From assembly GCA_030167865.1 (NCBI GenBank), contig JALAGF010005825.1, positions 51,679 to 71,678 on the forward strand: a DNA stretch of 20,000 bases, in the 5' to 3' direction. This document shows, piece after piece, positions 18,783 to 20,000 of the stretch. Each line of letters begins with the position of its first letter. The stretch's first letter is position 1. Under the pieces are notes generated by a model. The model was not told where the DNA came from, searched no databases, and was given only the letters and a program-made list of their open reading frames with translations. Made by a program: the position numbers and the translations under genes. Source of the stretch: Craspedostauros australis (Eukaryota).

Positions 18783-19460
18783 ATGCGGAGGATCGTAACG
18801 AGGATTACGCACGAAGGGGCGGTCTCCGTGGTTGGCCTTGTCTCCATCTTCGACTTCCTCACAACAGTATCCACGTTTCGTTTGTTCGTTGGCGCCATTG
18901 TTGTTCTTGGAACGATTTGGAAGTTGCGGAGTCGTGGATTGATGACGAGCGGGGAATCGACCCAATTGAATGTTGAGCTCATTTTTTGGGATTGGACGAA
19001 AGGAACGGGCCAGATGCCGTCCACGATGTTGCTGTCTGGGAAGGGCAAGGCCATGACGATCGACAAGGGGTCAAGAGATGCTGTCCAACCCGTCGCTTTC
19101 TCGCTCTCTCCAGAGAAGATATTTTCCTCGAAGGACAGATCCGGACTCACTCCGTCAGCAGAAGACCTATCAGATCCGAGAACTGATGTGTATGCAACCT
19201 TCGCTGAGGGGACGCTGCTCCACTCTTTGCATCAACAAAAATCATGCGGTCCCCCTGACGATCTTCTCCTCTCTTGCATGTGTGTACGCCACGGGGACAG
19301 TCGCCAATTGAGGAGAACAAGCATGCAGTCTCCGGCACACGTGAGTTTGGAGTCTGTACAAAAACTGTCTCATCCAATACATTCGATGCACAAACAGAAA
19401 ACGGCATCGACATGCTCTCTGCCGGAGTACACACTGCATACTTCAGGGATAAAGAGATAG
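18783..19460 (+). CDS. Possible hypothetical protein (225 aa) or eroded gene, divergent from the PNPOx-like gene
   Basis: Lies within ORF 18669..19460. It is preceded by a CA-rich leader (18715-18752) and has a hydrophobic N-terminal stretch. No recognisable motif, codon bias is weak, and two out-of-frame ATGs (18754, 18764) lie upstream. Confidence 0.22.
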   Translation: MRRIVTRITHEGAVSVVGLVSIFDFLTTVSTFRLFVGAIVVLGTIWKLRSRGLMTSGESTQLNVELIFWDWTKGTGQMPSTMLLSGKGKAMTIDKGSRDAVQPVAFSLSPEKIFSSKDRSGLTPSAEDLSDPRTDVYATFAEGTLLHSLHQQKSCGPPDDLLLSCMCVRHGDSRQLRRTSMQSPAHVSLESVQKLSHPIHSMHKQKTASTCSLPEYTLHTSGIKR

Positions 19461-19495
19461 AATAGATCGATCGATAGATAGATAGAGATAGAGAG
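19454..19495. repeat. Imperfect (GATA/GA)n microsatellite
   Basis: gagatagaatagatcgatcgatagatagatagagatagagag. Confidence 0.8.
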
Positions 19496-20000
19496 CATCC
19501 ATTCGATTGGTACGCAAACAAGGAGCACCATCAATGCCGAAGTCCTCATAACATCAACGCCTTGTCTTAGTGGTACACGCTATGCAGAAGTGTGTCTCTT
19601 CTGCATATGACCCCATTCAGGATACGATCGTATAAAAATGCGGATTTTTGTTATTTTTACTTAAATCATCCTATTATTTTGTAGATAGTATATGGGTTAA
19701 GTTACAAGCTTCTGGGCCTTGTAGTTAAAAAGTTTATAATTTTCGCATTAGTCTATGACTAAACACGTGAGGCATGCGAACGTAGAGGGGCAACTTGGAT
19801 TCGAAATTCTCAGTCGTGTTTCGACCAATGTCCAGTCGTGTCCTTCATCTACACACTCACATTTCGCGTGGGTGAGGTGGGTTGTTGCGAAACAATGTCG
19901 AGGATTTTGCAGTGGCAGTAGGCATGCTGAAGTTGCTGCTTTATCTGGGCTGTGGATCAGTTGTTGAGATCCAGAGTTGTGGGTTGGTGTGTAATCCAAA

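Overview
Eukaryotic nuclear DNA, most likely from a diatom or a related alga with a secondary red plastid. The evidence is a signal peptide with an ASAFAP-type plastid motif, one GT-AG intron, C/G-ending codons that produce long antisense shadow ORFs, and CAA/ACA-rich gene leaders. Seven genes are well supported: (1, 2) a tandem pair of paralogous His-rich polytopic membrane proteins on the minus strand (560-1459 and 2354-3307); (3) a nucleus-encoded thylakoid-lumen protein with tripartite signal/transit/Tat targeting (4520-5116); (4) a two-exon gene of about 1763 aa (6741-9348 + 9579-12262) with repeated ~290-aa domains fused to a PqiA/LetA-like membrane region; (5) a disordered protein with RRxS sites and RRGA/RRGG pseudosubstrate-like motifs (13821-16091); (6) a membrane-anchored sulfotransferase-fold protein with a degenerate PAPS loop (16340-17608); (7) a tail-anchored PNPOx-like FMN-binding protein (17805-18608, minus). 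I saw no rRNA, tRNA, CRISPR array or recognisable transposon. The best candidate for an undescribed system is gene 4, which may be a single-chain eukaryotic lipid-transport bridge. All family calls come from motif recognition by eye, not from database searches.
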